A stretch of 64,000 nucleotides of DNA from Octopus vulgaris (lineage: Eukaryota): assembly GCA_951406725.2 (NCBI GenBank), contig OX597818.1, positions 72,106,001-72,170,000 of the forward strand, read 5' to 3'. Every line of letters starts with the position of its first letter. Positions within the stretch are counted from its first letter, which is position 1. Shown piece by piece: positions 14,631-29,286 of this stretch. The position numbers and the translations under genes were made by a program. Below the pieces are notes generated by a model. The model was not told the DNA's origin and made no database searches. It saw nothing but the letters and a program-made list of their open reading frames with translations.

Positions 14631-15010
14631 AGACGATGTGAGATAGTTAACTAGAAGGAAATTGTAGAGCTCAATATAAAAAGTTATTTTGGAAAAAATA
14701 TAAGAAGTATAAAAGGAAATATGAGAAAAAAAATAAAAATATATGTTGGATGTTAAAGTTGTTGTTAACATCCGACCTATATTTTAATTTTTATTCTCAT
14801 ATTTCCCTTTATACTTATATCTCTTCCTTTCCAAAATAAATTCTTATATTGAACTCTGCTATTTCATTTTTTTAGTTAACTCTCTCATATCGTCTCTGAT
14901 GATGGGATATCTTTTATATCCTTGGAACAGCTGTAAGACTTCCTTTCTTCGTATAAATGTCCTAGAAATTTCACACTGCCTTGAGTTTGTTGTCTCATTT
15001 TATTTAACAT
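14631..15010 (+). mobile_element. Fold-back pLTR-like element with a mutated HHR
   Basis: 14631-14756 is inverted to 14765-14895 (diverged). HHR at 14892-14939: gtct CTGATGA..GGAAC AGCT GTA agac (GAAA changed to GGAA). Same family as 54830-55045. Confidence 0.65.
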
Positions 15011-15215
15011 ACACATGCTCACACACGATCCGCGTTAGACTCCTCACTCATACTATTATCGAACCGGGAGTCTAATAGTGGCACTTCCGTGGCACTTACA
15101 TAGCCTTACCTGCCTTTTAGGTCTTCTGGATACCAAAACCTCTCATTCATATATATATGTATGTATACATATATATGTATATATACATATACATACATAC
15201 ATACATAATACATAC

Positions 15216-15249
<34 letters not shown>

Positions 15250-15955
15250 GGGTACAGGACGTCACAAAACGTAAACAACATGAAATACGAAATACAAAAA
15301 ATAACCATTTTTATGCGAACGGCAGAAACAAATGGAAAACAAGGCAAGTAACATAAAAAACGACCCTTCATCAGCTGTCGGCTGTTTAACTACTCCACAT
15401 TTCGAGCAATTCACTACAATATGTGCCTTCGAGAAAACAGTTGCTCCTGCAAACCAAAATAAAATTTGGGATTTTCGGAGGGTCAAAGTTAGTGACAAAA
15501 ACAGGACAGTAAAAATAAAAAGTGAGGGCTGCTAAGTCAGACGAGTTAAAGTGGCGGACGCTGGAGGAATACTCTTTGACAGGAGAAAAGATAGGAGAGG
15601 AGACAGACAAGTATGTGTGTAGTCTGTGCGACAGACCGAAAGAAAAGAAAGATGAACACGTGAGGAAAAGAAAGATGCATGATGGTCACGTGTGAGCAAC
15701 GAGAGAGTAAAGGAGGAAGAGGGAGAGTGGGAAAGAGAGAATGACGAATAGAAAACGGTGAAGGGGAGAAAAAAGAATTAGAGAAATGATGAGAGAGAGG
15801 AAAAACGGAAGGGAGAAAAAGAAGAATTAGAGAAAGGAAGAAAGAGAAAACAAAGAAGGAGAGAGAAGGAGAGAGAGAGAGGGAGGGAGAGGGAGAGAGA
15901 AGGGGAGAGAGGGGAGAGAGAGAGAGAGAGAACAGTACAGGGCAGATTCGCATCA
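15250..15955 (-). mobile_element. Unclassified repeat in (TA)n, probable PLE pLTR-type; related copy at 29343-29950
   Basis: Shares blocks gacccttcatcag.tgtcggctgttt, atttcgagcaattcac and aaacagttgctc with 29343-29950. Confidence 0.55.
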
Positions 15956-16068
15956 AAGTTATTAAGATAAACTTACTTGAAAATTAATGCGTGGCGTTCA
16001 ATCATGTAATAATATAAATAAAAAATATATATAGACATATATACATATATGTACATACTGACATATAC

Positions 16069-16118
<50 letters not shown>

Positions 16119-16143
16119 TAAATAGGTACAGGATGTCATAAAA

Positions 16144-16197
<54 letters not shown>

Positions 16198-17100
16198 GTA
16201 ATTTGATTTTGAACCAAATGATGGTCAATCCCTCATATTTCTACGTATGAATTTTTGAAGGATAGGATTAAAGAAAAATTTTTACAAAAGCGAACCAAAT
16301 AACGACAATTTCAATAATGAACTTAATATCAAGTAAGGACATATTAGATTAAAATATATTTACTATAACGGAAAAAAGACTGGTTGCTTATTCGGGTTTC
16401 TAGTCACAAGTTGTGAAGGTAATTACTTTAAAAATTCGCCAGATGAAACAGGAGAAATCATAGCAATCATTTACTGTATTTTTATATTATCTCACCTTTC
16501 GCGCTCATTCTCCTTTCCTGCTTCCTGCTGTTTGTAGAATAGTTCAATTTTGTAACTTCTTTTTAGATAGGAGGAAAAAGAAATTAATATGAAAGAGACA
16601 CAACATTAGAGGGTTTAGTTGGATAACTCGCTTCCAGTATTTATTTTTTAAAGTCAGTTACTTATTCAGTCGGCCACTTTTGCCGAACCACTAAGTTACA
16701 GGGACGTAAACGAACCAACATCAGTTATCAACTGGTGGTTGTGGTGGGGGCAAACACATACTCATAGACACAGGCACATATATGTGTATATACATGCCTG
16801 TGTGTGTGTATAGATACACATATATATATATATATAAACACATACACACACATGTATGCATTATGCATACCTCTTTTACTCTTTTATTTGTTTAAGTCAT
16901 TTGATTGTGGCTATGCTGGAACACCGCCTTTAGTCGAGTAAATCGATCCCAGGACTTATTCTTTGTAAGCCAAGTACATATTCTATCGGTCTCTTTTGCC
17001 GAACCGCTAAGTTACGGGAACGTAAGCACACCAGCATCGGTTGTCGAGCGATGTTGGGGGAAAGAACACAGACACTCAAACGTATACACCCGTACATATA

Positions 17101-18426
17101 CAGTTGCGGCCAAAATGTTTAGAACGGCATTGTTTTCGCCAGAAAAGTAGATATAAGTTTTTATCAAAGTTGTTTTATATTCTATAATTTTCACAGACAA
17201 TAAATACGATATTAATTGTTATTGTCTGAGATTTTGGTGTGTTTTGAGAGGATAATACAAAAGTTATGAATGATTTAGTGATTTACTGCAAAACACATGG
17301 CGGCCAAAATGATCAGAACGGTTGCTTTTACTCCGTGTTTTAGTATATTTAACCGGCGAACTCTAATGTTTTGAATTTGTTTACGTGATGGTTCGTTTAC
17401 TAAACATTAGTAGTAATATCTGCAGTGCACTTTGTTAATATAATGCCACTTACTCCGTTACCAATTCGTCAGTAGATTATTAAGCTTCGAAAGAAGGATA
17501 ATTTAAGTATTGGGTCTATTGCAAAGATTGTTAACAAGTCAAAAAGTGTTGTTCACGGTATTCTTAAGGTCTTCGATGATTGTGGTTCGTGTGAAGCAAG
17601 AAAGTTTACAGGTAGGCCAAGAAAAATGACCAAGAGAGAAGATCGTGCTATGGTAAAGTTGGTTAAAAAGGACAGATTTAAAACTGCTGCTGCTGTTTCT
17701 CGGGAATTGAGCATTGTACTGAAGAAAACGTTATCTCGAAAAACCATGTCTCATCGTTTAGTTGAACATAACCTACAAGCAAGATCACCTGCAGTGAAGC
17801 CACTGATCAGCTCCAAAAATAAAAAGTGTCGTCTTATCTTTGCAATCGAACATGTGTTGTGGGTCAAGAAAAATGGCAAACGGTGTATTTCAGTGATGAA
17901 TCTAAGTTTATGTTATTTGGCTCAGATGGGAAAAGATACGTTCGTTGAAAAGTAGGTGAAAAGTAGGTGAAAATGTGTGGAATATTCTAGGAGAACGTTC
18001 GAAAGCCAGAAATCCTAAAACAACCGAGCAATTATGGAATGCCCTTCAGGAAGAAGGAAATAAGATCACCTAGCAAGAAATTGAAAATTTAATTTCCTCA
18101 TGCAGTCGAAGATGTCGAAGTGTGATTGAAGCTAAAGGGCTTCACACTAAATATTAAATAATTCCAGTATTCTCAGTCATTTTTGATTATTTTGTTATTT
18201 TTCAACCGTTCTGATCATTTTGGCCGCCATGGGTTTTGCAGTAAATCACTAAATCATCCATAACTTTTGTATTATCCTCTCAAATGACACCAAAATATCA
18301 GACAATAACAATTAATATTGTATTTATAGTCTGTGAAAATTATAGAACATAAAACAACTTTGATAAAAACTTACATCTACTTTTCTGGCGAAAACAATGC
18401 CGTTCTGAACATTTTGGCCGCAACTG
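17101..18426 (+). mobile_element. Tc1-family DNA transposon (IR/DR type), internally deleted
   Basis: TA target duplications and 224-bp TIRs (17101-17324, 18203-18426) with an internal direct repeat ggccaaaatg.tcagaacgg. The transposase runs from 17443 (GRPRK, FSDESK) to GLHTKY* at about 18157, with the central catalytic region missing. Confidence 0.93.
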
Positions 18427-18488
<62 letters not shown>

Positions 18489-18494
18489 CATATA

Positions 18495-18610
18495 CAGTTG
18501 CGGCCAAAATGTTCAGAACGGCATTGTTATCAAAGTTGTTTTATCAAAGTTGTTTTATGTTCTATAATTTTCACAGACAATAAATACGATATCAATTGTT
18601 ATTGTGAGAT
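18495..18610 (+). mobile_element. Partial solo TIR of the same Tc1
   Basis: cagttgcggccaaaatgttcagaacggcattg matches 17101 onward, with a small rearrangement. Confidence 0.85.
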
Positions 18611-18615
18611 AACAA

Positions 18616-18646
<31 letters not shown>

Positions 18647-21229
18647 CGACGGGCTTCTTTCAGTTTCCGTCTACCAAATCCACTCACAAACTTTGGTCGG
18701 CCCGAGGCTTTAGTAGAAAACACTTGCCTAAGGTGCCACGCAGTGGAACTGAACACCGAACAATGTGGTTCGTAAGCAAGCTACTTACCACACAGCCACT
18801 CCTACGCTTATGTAGAAGGTACTATTGTAGAAGACACTTGCGCAAGGTGCCATGCAGTGGGACTGAACCTGGAGCAATGTAGCTGGGAAGGAAGCTTTTT
18901 ACTATACAGCCACGCCTGCATTAGTTTTAATCAAAATATCAATCTAAAACAAGTATGTTGAACCTGTCTTTAGCCAGTTATAAAATCCGTTGCTCCTCAC
19001 TAATGTATTGAAACCCCACAGTGAATGAGTGTTGAAAGTTTGTAAAAGGAATTCTGATTGTAGTGTAAAATAATTCACGTAGATTTTTGAAAGGCTGAAT
19101 ACAACGTCGAAATACGTTTCTGCACTAAATTGCATTCATTTTTCAGGCAAGGCGACTAAAAATGTGACATGACCTTCCCAAGAACACGAAAAATGCTATA
19201 TATTCATGTATGAATTTCTCTGACATGAGATCGAAGATTAAGCTTGAGACGAGCGTAATTGTCTGGTATTTTAATTGAATTTGAAGATCAGATCTAAATG
19301 TGAAGATATAATTGAATCCCCATCATATGTCTTCGTACCAACTTCCCCAGCACAAGTGCATTCATCAAAATACAAAACAGATTGCGTTTGCAGATGTTGC
19401 GCCAGTTCTCATTAAATATCAGTAGCTTAAAATAATTTCCACTTCAAGAGTATTTACTATCATTATCATTGTCACCGAAAAAAGCCAGTTTTTTTTGTTT
19501 AATTAATAGGCAAGTTTGAGTTGTTTCTTTTTTTAGTGCGTCCTTTTTCTTCTGTACCTATTTACAGTGAATTTCTATGCGAAGTTTTTTTTCTGTTTAT
19601 TCGTATAAAACTAGATATTTAGTTAATGATCGTTGGCTTTCATAAAACCTGGCACATTTCTCATTTTTGATTTAAAGTATTATCGAAACTACAACATCCA
19701 GTTCTTAACTACACACTAAACATAAGTTACAAAAGAGTCTATTGTAATGTAATACAACCATATAACCACCCCACTTGCAGTACAACTCCGTTTCAAAGGT
19801 TCTAATTATGTTCTTTTCTTTACACAGTAGAATGTGTTTTAAACCAGTTAGTTTACTGTTTTACTCACCATCGATCTTATTTATAAGTCCACCCAGAAAA
19901 ATTCTAAAGACTCTCACTGTCCATATTCAACAAGTACTTAAATTTTGAAATAAAATGTCGTTTACAATACAGTTCAATCACCATTGGCAAACATTTCTGC
20001 ATCGCCTACACACGCTTTCATTTGACATCGAATGCAGAGCTACAGCTCTCAATACCCGAACACAGTTAGACGACTTTACATTCTTTTTTCGTATTTTCTT
20101 GAGCAAAGAAATATGATTGAAATATCGCTGGTTCAACTTGTTTTAAACTATACTGACAATGTTTGTGCAAGGGTCTGTGGAACTGACTTTTGCATCACAA
20201 ATAATTGCTTCAGGATTTTATTTCTGCATAAAATAATTAGGACATATGTTTCGGCTGGACAAGAAATAACCAAGCTTTTCATATTGATAGAACAACTATA
20301 TTTCATTTTGAAGATATTTCTGTTAGATAATTTTTTGCTGCTGTACTCAGCAGTAAAATATGTAATATAGCAATTATAGATATTATTCCGTTGTCTTTTA
20401 CTTGCAGAAGTGAGAATTAAAGATAGTTTTAATATTAATTTTATGTAGCCCAGTCAAAAACAGGTATAGCGAGTAAATTTTGTTTTACATTCCAATATTT
20501 TTTATATAAGGAGAGTAATTGTTGTGACATTATAATTCATTTAGGTTATCTTTCGTAATATAGTTAATACTCTATTAACAAATTTATACATTTCTACCTG
20601 TTTATAACGAAATACCTTCTTCAGAAGCTGTAGAATTATTTAGTTTACAGGATTTAATTCCGTCAGTGATTTAGAAGTGAATATGATTATGTACAAATTA
20701 AAATCTTTCGTGTTTTTCAATATTTCTTTTTGAGTAGATTCACAATGAATAGGTTTTGTCTGAGGTAGTAATGGGATACTAAGACAAATTTCAAATTTTG
20801 TGAGTTAATAGGATTGTACAGCTTAGTCTTTCTATGAAGAACTTCATTCCATAAAGTTTAGTATTTGACATGAAGATGGACTACTTAATTTGTGAGGTAT
20901 GACTAATCATACAACGACTGTTATGAAGAAAACGTTCACGACCATCTTGAAAAAATTTTATCTAAAGAGCACGGGATGCGAATCTATGCATATTTAATTT
21001 CTTAAATGTACGTCTAAATTTAAACACTCGTTAAATAGCAGTATAATCATAAAGATTCCAACCATCTCCACAATTCTTATAAAATATCTAAGTTAACAAC
21101 ATTAGTAAGCACATATCCAGTTAATCTTCTGATAAGAAGTTCTTTAATGGGTCTTCTCAACATTACTTAAACTTGGTAGCGGAAAGAGGCTTCAAAGACA
21201 GAAAATATTTAACAGAGAGTAATATTGGT

Positions 21230-21440
21230 TTCAAATCGTTGCACGATGCCCGTAATTTCGGGGAAGGGGTAAATCGATTACATCAACCCCCAGTGCTCAA
21301 CTGGTACTTATTTTATCTACCCCAAGAGGATGAAAGGCAAAGTCGACGTCGGCGGAATTTGAACTCAGAGCTTAAAGACGGACGAAATGCCGCTAAGCAT
21401 TTTACCCAACATGCTAATGATTCTGCAAGCTTACCGCCTT
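21230..21440 (-). mobile_element. SINE family A copy
   Basis: Reverse complement of the 795-1008 type. Confidence 0.8.
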
Positions 21441-21847
21441 TATGTAGAATAATATTAATCATAAATCCAAAAATAGGGAACGGAATATTATAGTGTAGAA
21501 TCCTCCCTATGGTTTAAACGTTCTTTTAAATGTTGCCAGGATTTTCTTAAACTGCATAAACCAACATTTCCGCACAGACCACAGATATCATTAATTTTTG
21601 TTTACTAAAAATATTATTAAGTTGAACTGGAGTCTCACCAAAAATTTCGCTTTACCACAGTCAATATAAACAGAAGATACATTTACAGTATAAACACTCA
21701 ACTCTTCTCTATTGCAGCAATTCTAATATCTGTCCTCTCAACAGTACGTTTCTTTATTAGGTATTAGACTCCCAAGTTTCGATTTAAGTACGGCAGCCTC
21801 GAATATACAAATGAATCTACTTCTAGCAAATTTCCGTTCGGGAATTA

Positions 21848-23111
21848 CGAGGGGCGTTCAATAAGTAATGCCCCTGACCCATTTCCCATAGCAGTAGAGC
21901 AACGACACTTGGCACAGTTATTAGTCTTTTCCTACATATGAACTACCCAGAGTTATGCATTTCTCCCATCGTTTGATACAGCTCTGGAGACCGTTTTTGT
22001 AGAAGACCCCAGCTTGGTCCTCCAACCACGACGTGACTTCAGAAATCAAAGTTGCATCATCTGGGAAACGCTTTCCTTTCAAAATCAACTTCATGGCTGG
22101 GAAGAGGTGAAAATCAGAGGGTGCAAGGTCAGGAGAGTAGGGGGATGGGAGAGGAGTTCATAGCCGCACGCCTGTGCTTCTGATCTGGCGACACGCGAGT
22201 TGTGGACCGGAGCGTTGTCCTGCAGGAGGAGGATGCCTTTGCTGATCTTGCCCCGCCTCTTGATTTTGATAGCTTCTCTTAATTTCCTCAAAAGTGAAGC
22301 ATAATAGGCTCCTGTAATTGTGGTACCCTTTGGCAGGAAATCTGTCATCACTACTCCGTCCTGGTCCCAGAAGACTGTGAGCATAACCTTGTCAGTGGAG
22401 GGCTGCACCCTTGTCTTCTTTGGAGGAGGTGAGTCACGGTACTTTCACTGCATTGACTGGGCTTTGGTCTATGGATCATAGTGATGGACCCAGGTTTTAT
22501 CCTGTGTGATCAGTCTTTTGAACAATTTTGACTCATCTTCTTGGCACTCGAGCACTCAACGCGTTCTTGCTTCTGGAAAGGTGTGAGCAACCTGGAAATC
22601 CATCTGGCAGACACCTTTTGCATATGCAAATGGTCATGAATGATAGTTTCCACAGACCCGGTACTAATCTTGACCTTATGGGCTATTTGGCGAATAGTTA
22701 TGCGTTGACCTTCCAAAATGGCAGCCTCAACTTGACGGACAGACGTCTCATCAACGGCAGAAGGGGGCGACTAGATCTGGGAGCTGTTTCCACAGAGGTC
22801 CGACTATGTTTGAATTCACAATGCCAGCACTTTACAAGGTCATATGATGGGGCATCATCACCATAAGTTACTTTCATTTCATCAAAAGTCTCCCGTGGTG
22901 TGCGTCCTTTCAAATACAAAAACCAGATCACTGCTCGACACTCAACAGGCTCCATTTCACACTTGACTCAGTTCAAACACCTGTAAATCAGAAACCACAA
23001 ATAGTTCAGAGCTGTAATTCGCCACTTAATCTATAGAGGTATCATGCAAAATTTCAGCTAGATCAACCAACTGCAAGTGGGTCAGGGGCATTACTTATTG
23101 AACGCCCCTCG
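21848..23111 (-). mobile_element. Full-length mariner (DD34D, irritans/Himar1-like) with frameshifted transposase
   Basis: TA-flanked perfect 34-bp TIRs cgaggggcgttcaataagtaatgcccctgaccca. Peptides MEPVECRAVIWFL, KVSARWI, ITQDKTWVHHYDP, KVMLTVFWD, LLQDNAPVH and a frameshifted HPPYSPDLAPSDF. Confidence 0.95.
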
Positions 23112-23923
23112 TACCTTCTGGTGAAGTGAATGCATTTATCTTGTTTTATATTCATTTATCTAAAAGAAACACTGCCACGTCCAGGCTTGGAAAAGTATAT
23201 AGATTTCACTTTGATATGTATATTTGTATCTCATTTTTGTTCATTTCCTTTACATTGCTTTTATGTATGTATGTATGTATGTATGTATGTATGTATGTAT
23301 GTATGTATGTATGTATGTATGTATGTATGTATGTATGTATGTATGTATGTATGTATGTATTTATCTATCTATCTATCTATCTAATCTCCCTCTCACTGTA
23401 TGTGTGCTTGTGTATATGTGTGTGTGCCTGTGTGCGTGCGTGCCTGCGCGCATGTGTAATAATACTATTTTAACATTACAAATTGCTTATAATATAAAAG
23501 AGTGTTAACATTCCTACAAACCTTATATCCTGATTTATGAAGATAAGATTATTTTTTTTAATAATCTGCATGGTTCATATAGTTTTTGTCTTGATATTTC
23601 GTACAACAGTTTATGACCCATTTCACGAAACTGTTTGAGGTACCACTCTACCTAATATATTGAAATCTATGTTATTCTGTTATATGTTTCAGCCCTAAGG
23701 CTGTAGTCATTCTGGGGCACGGCCAGTGAAAAACATATTGCGCCCAAGATCTTATATATCAAGACGTTAATTATACCAAACACATTTTATAATGTATTCT
23801 CTTATTTTGATAGATATTTCTTTACTATTCATACATAGCACAACTACCCAGACTTCCTCGTTTATCTTATATAAGCTTTATGTACTTATACCGGTTACTG
23901 CCTATATGTCACGAACTATAAAG

Positions 23924-24645
<722 letters not shown>

Positions 24646-25469
24646 CTCTAAAGTATTCTAGATAAAACATGATTTTTCTTAAAGAATCAGTTAATGTATC
24701 TTAAATCTTTTAGCTTTTACTTATTTCAGTCATTAGACTGCAGCCAGTCGGGTGCACCGTCTTGAAGAACTTTTAGGCGAATCAACCGACACTAGTGATT
24801 CTTATTTTTCAGCCTGATACTTATTGTATCGGTGATAGGGAACGAACACAGGTATAAAGACATCCCCCCCACCACACACACAAGACGGACTTCTTTCGGT
24901 TTCCGACTACCAAATCCAATCACGAGGCTTTGGTCAGCCCGAGGCTTTTGTTGGAAGACATTTGTTGAAGGTGCCACGTAGTGGGGCGGAAGTTGATAAT
25001 TTAAAAAAAATTCTTTTAAATTCTATCAAGATATATAAGCACTTTTAATGAAAGTAATGCCGATCTTAGTCTAGAGTTAATCTTATTTTCGTTACTTTTG
25101 TCTATAAATAAAAGGTAAATACATTTTTTTTCTTCAAAGATGTATTTTACTTATAAGAAGTTCATATAAGACTTAACTTTATAAAACATTATAAATAGAT
25201 TGAATATTATTGTTACATATAAATTTACGTTTGGTATGTAATTAATTTACAAAGTTAGGGGTACTAGACTGGAACTGCTTGAACTGGGGCAACGTGAAAT
25301 AAACTACTTTGCTCAAGGACACAACATACAGCCCAGAAGCGAACACACGTCATTGTATCAATACGACAGTTTTCTGCTTCTTTTACCTTTGTAAGGATGG
25401 TCATTAATGCTAATAATTTTGCCTAGTCTCGACATTCCTTACTTTGTCCTATCTTTATCTATTAATTTT

Positions 25470-25710
25470 ATATGTTTCAGTCATTGAAGTGCTGTCATAC
25501 TGGCGCACCGCCATTGAAGGGTTTTAGTCGAACAAATTGACTACAGTACTTACGTTTTAAGCGTGGTACTTACTGTTTCGTTCTTTCTTGCTGAACCGTC
25601 AAATTACCGGAACGTCAACAAACCCATACCGTTATCAACCGACGATAGGGGACAAACATAAAGCACACACTCAATATTTATATGCATAGATAATAGATAC
25701 ATACAATCAA

Positions 25711-25741
<31 letters not shown>

Positions 25742-25927
25742 TATGTATGAATGTATGCATATAACGGGCTTCCCCACAGTTTCCGTCTATGAAATTGATT
25801 GAAAAGGTATTGTCCAACCCGGGGCTATACTAGATAGCACTTGGCCAAGGGGCCAAGCCGTGAGACTAGACTCAAAACCAGGTGTTTCCAAAGAGAGCTT
25901 CTTAACCACACATCAGTGCCTGCGCCT
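25470..25927 (-). mobile_element. SINE family B copy, diverged
   Basis: Similarity to other family B copies. Confidence 0.7.
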
Positions 25928-25939
25928 GTGTATTCTTCT

Positions 25940-26220
25940 TGCTTTACTTGCTTCATGCTCTGGGGTTATTCCAGGATAGTGGTCCCAGAGGCGTCATCGT
26001 GCGTAGAGTCGACTAGGTCTACCAGCACTCTCCATCGCTGGCGGTCACGCGCCAGCCTCTCCGCATCCTCCAAGGGGACGTCGAGCTTCTGGAGATCTTC
26101 CTTAATCACGTCTAGCCAAATGGTGCGGGGCTTGCTACGTGGCCTTCTCCAACTCTCATCGAATCGGAGTAAAGCGGGAGACGGAAGACATGTCCATGGA
26201 AGCGCCTGCGACGGATAGCT
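25940..26220 (-). mobile_element. RTE-type LINE 3' fragment
   Basis: WRRPRSKPRTIWLDVIKEDL..ARDRQRWRVLV. Confidence 0.8.
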
Positions 26221-26334
26221 ATTCTTCAAAGAAAAATTTCTCTACACAATATTATGGCATTTATTGCGGAGACTGAAGGTGGCTTCTATATCTAAATGAA
26301 AATAGTATTTCTCCATTTTGTTTCCCTATACAGT

Positions 26335-26705
26335 GGTTTCAAAATTTAGCACAAGGCCAGTAATTTTAAGGGAAGGTGCTAAGTCGATTACACTGACTCC
26401 AGTGGTCAGCTGGTACTTATTTTATCGATCTTGAAGGTTGAAGGGAAAGTCCGACTCGCAAACGATTCTATCATCTCATCGTCTTTATCTTCCTATACAG
26501 TCTTAAGATGCGTTAGCACGCCGGGTAAAATGCTTAACGGCATTTTGTCCGTATTTATGGACCGAGTTCAAATTCTGCTGCGGTTGACTTTACCCTTCAT
26601 CGTTTCGGGGTCGATGAAATAAGTACCAGTTGAACAGTGGAGTTGTTGTAATCGACTTACCCGCTGCCTCGCAATTTCTGGCCTTGTGCTGAAATTTGAG
26701 ACGGA
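26335..26705. mobile_element. Two divergently oriented SINE family A copies
   Basis: Minus partial copy at about 26335-26480 and plus copy at about 26510-26705. Confidence 0.65.
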
Positions 26706-27521
26706 TATTAATAATCAAACAATGGAAGAGCTTCCCCCTTGTCACTCACTCTAGAAATAGAAACCAAAGCTCTTTTAAATTATAATGTACCTCCTAGAAA
26801 ATAGGAAGACACACTGGAAAATTTAGTAATAAATCGTAGAAAGACGGGATGGTCATGGTGAAAGGTCTCTGGTCATAAGTCTTCTCAGAATTGATTTATT
26901 TTCAGCAAATACAATTTTGTCACCTAACAAGAGAATATCAGCTGGTGTCCCTACCTAGCTAGCTAGTTAGCTATCTAAGTGGGTAGGTAGGTTGGTGGGT
27001 AGGTGCTTAGGTTGGTAGGTAGGGAGCAGGCTCTTTGTAACTTCTGCCTAATATTAATATAGGTATTATGCTTTCAGTTTATTTATCATGTTTGTACTAC
27101 CAATCCTGTACGTATTTAAATATACATATCACGTGATCGACCAGAATATCGAATGTTGTTATACATCGCTGGTCACAATGCACTCTGCATTGATTTATCC
27201 TTCGAATGACGCCACCCAGCTGGCTAGGAGAGCAGACCAGCATCCCCACCCCACGATTGTTGGAAAACTGGTCCGTCGCATGTTTACCCATTTACAGATG
27301 AATGAACTGGAGCAGCGTGAAATGAAGTATTTTACTCAAGAACAACAACGCGCCGCATGGTCAGGAAATCGAACACCCTAACCACTGGGCTACTCGCCTT
27401 CACGCTCAGCTACTAATGCGTCATGGAAACTAGGGAACCGGTGTTTTGAGATCTGGGGCTCGATAGAAAAACAAACAAAAACAAAACAAACAAAAATACA
27501 CAAAAAAACTACTAATATGTG

Positions 27522-27940
27522 GTGCGGGCTTAGCTGTGTTGTAAGAGGCTTGCTTCCCACATAGATGGTTCCAGGTTCAGACCCGCTGCATGGCATCTTG
27601 AGCAAATGTCTTCTTGTATAGCCTCGGACCGAACAAAGCCTTGTGAGTGGAGTTTGAAGACAGAAACTGAAAGAAGCCCGTCATATGTGCGTGTATGTGT
27701 GTGTCTGTGTGCATGTGTGTCTGTGTGTTTTTGTTTGTATTTTCCCCACCACCGCTCGACAACCGGTATTGGTTAGTTTACGTCTGTGTTACAGCTGTTC
27801 AGCAAATGAAAACGATAGAATAAGTACCAGGCTAAAAACAAGAAGTGCTAGGGTTAATTCATTCGACTGAAAGTTCTTTAAGGCGGTGCACCAGCATGGC
27901 CGCTCTCTAATGACTGAAACAGATGAAGAATGAAAGAAAA
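27522..27940 (+). mobile_element. SINE family B copy
   Basis: Similarity to 24056-24535. Confidence 0.8.
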
Positions 27941-28697
27941 CATTTAAATGTGTCTCACATGAGAAAACGCAGTCAAGGACGTCAACAGGACAATAAGTGA
28001 AGGTGATATATTCAACATTAATTAATGATCATAAAAAAACCTGATTGTGTGTTTCAACAAAGCTTTTACGTAACTTCTACTGGCCTCGTGTTTCTTCCGT
28101 ATTCATGGACACGGATCTCGATAACTAGGTCACAATGTTGAATTATGAATGGGATACTTAGGTAAACGTGATGAATCAGATTTTATTGGTAACAGGAAGC
28201 ATTCAGATATGACGTTTGTAACACTATGGAAAAAATAATAGTAACGTGAGAAGCGATATTGTTGGGTAAAGTGATACTGTCAAACTGGATGTTTTAAACA
28301 TATTTTTCACTGCAAGTTGATTTGATTAATATGTCATTAAATAATATAGAGATATAGAAGATGGACTTGACACTAAATTATGACCTGCAACTTATTTAGA
28401 TTTTGGACAGAAAGTGTTACATAGAGGCGTCCACCGCGTTATGGCTACCCCAGGTTACGGCATTTTGCGCTCACAGAAATTGTAAAGAATGACCATTAAT
28501 TTCGGGGTACAGTCTGTAATTCCGCTCCTACGGAAACTTGTATTATATAGTTTGAAATAGTTACACTTTTTTCTTAGATCAAGAAAACTTGCAATTTAGT
28601 TAAGATCAAAGTTTAAAGTTAACGATTTGAAAAACTACCAACACGTTATACACATACACACATGTATATACAATGTACATAATGTGAGTATATATAC

Positions 28698-28766
<69 letters not shown>

Positions 28767-28864
28767 TACAAACACGCACAAACATGTATACAGTTACATA
28801 CATGCATGCATGCATGCATACATACACATACATACATACATATACATACATAATACATACATAC

Positions 28865-28910
<46 letters not shown>

Positions 28911-28911
<1 letters not shown>

Positions 28912-29203
28912 TATCAGTATCGCCCGGCGTTGCTCGGGTTTGTAAGGGAAATTACTATATAAGCATTCCCTTATATAACCCGACCAAAAATCATTAAAAA
29001 TGCAGAAAAATGATGGTAATTTTTTTAAAAATCGTAGACTCATCGTAGACGCGCGATAATACCCAGATGGGCTCGATATGAATGACGATTATAAGATACC
29101 CACTTTTGGTTAAACTGCACCGCAAAATGTGGGAGTAGTTAGGAATCTAAATCGGAGGGGACAGAGTCTCACACATACACAACTTCAATTTTATATATAA
29201 AGA
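28911..29203 (-). mobile_element. Non-autonomous Helitron-like element
   Basis: The minus strand starts A|TCtttatatataaaa and ends with the hairpin cccgagcaacgccggg shortly before a degenerate CTAG|T. Confidence 0.65.
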
Positions 29204-29237
29204 TATATATATATATACACTTATATACAGCAATATG

Positions 29238-29286
<49 letters not shown>

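Larger units (their letters stand above)
16870..18810 (-). mobile_element. SINE family B copy split by the Tc1 insertion
   Basis: The 3' half is at 16870-17080 and the 5' half at 18645-18810. The Tc1 sits in the internal microsatellite. Confidence 0.8.

Noticed and set aside
15361-15450. CTGATGA on the minus strand (also at about 29470) as a hammerhead
   Set aside because: No correctly placed GAAA/NUH or pairing helix I could be built.
16385-16446. Minus-strand CTGGCGA..GAAACCCGAATA motif (similar remnant at 5635-5740)
   Set aside because: Too many core and helix mismatches.
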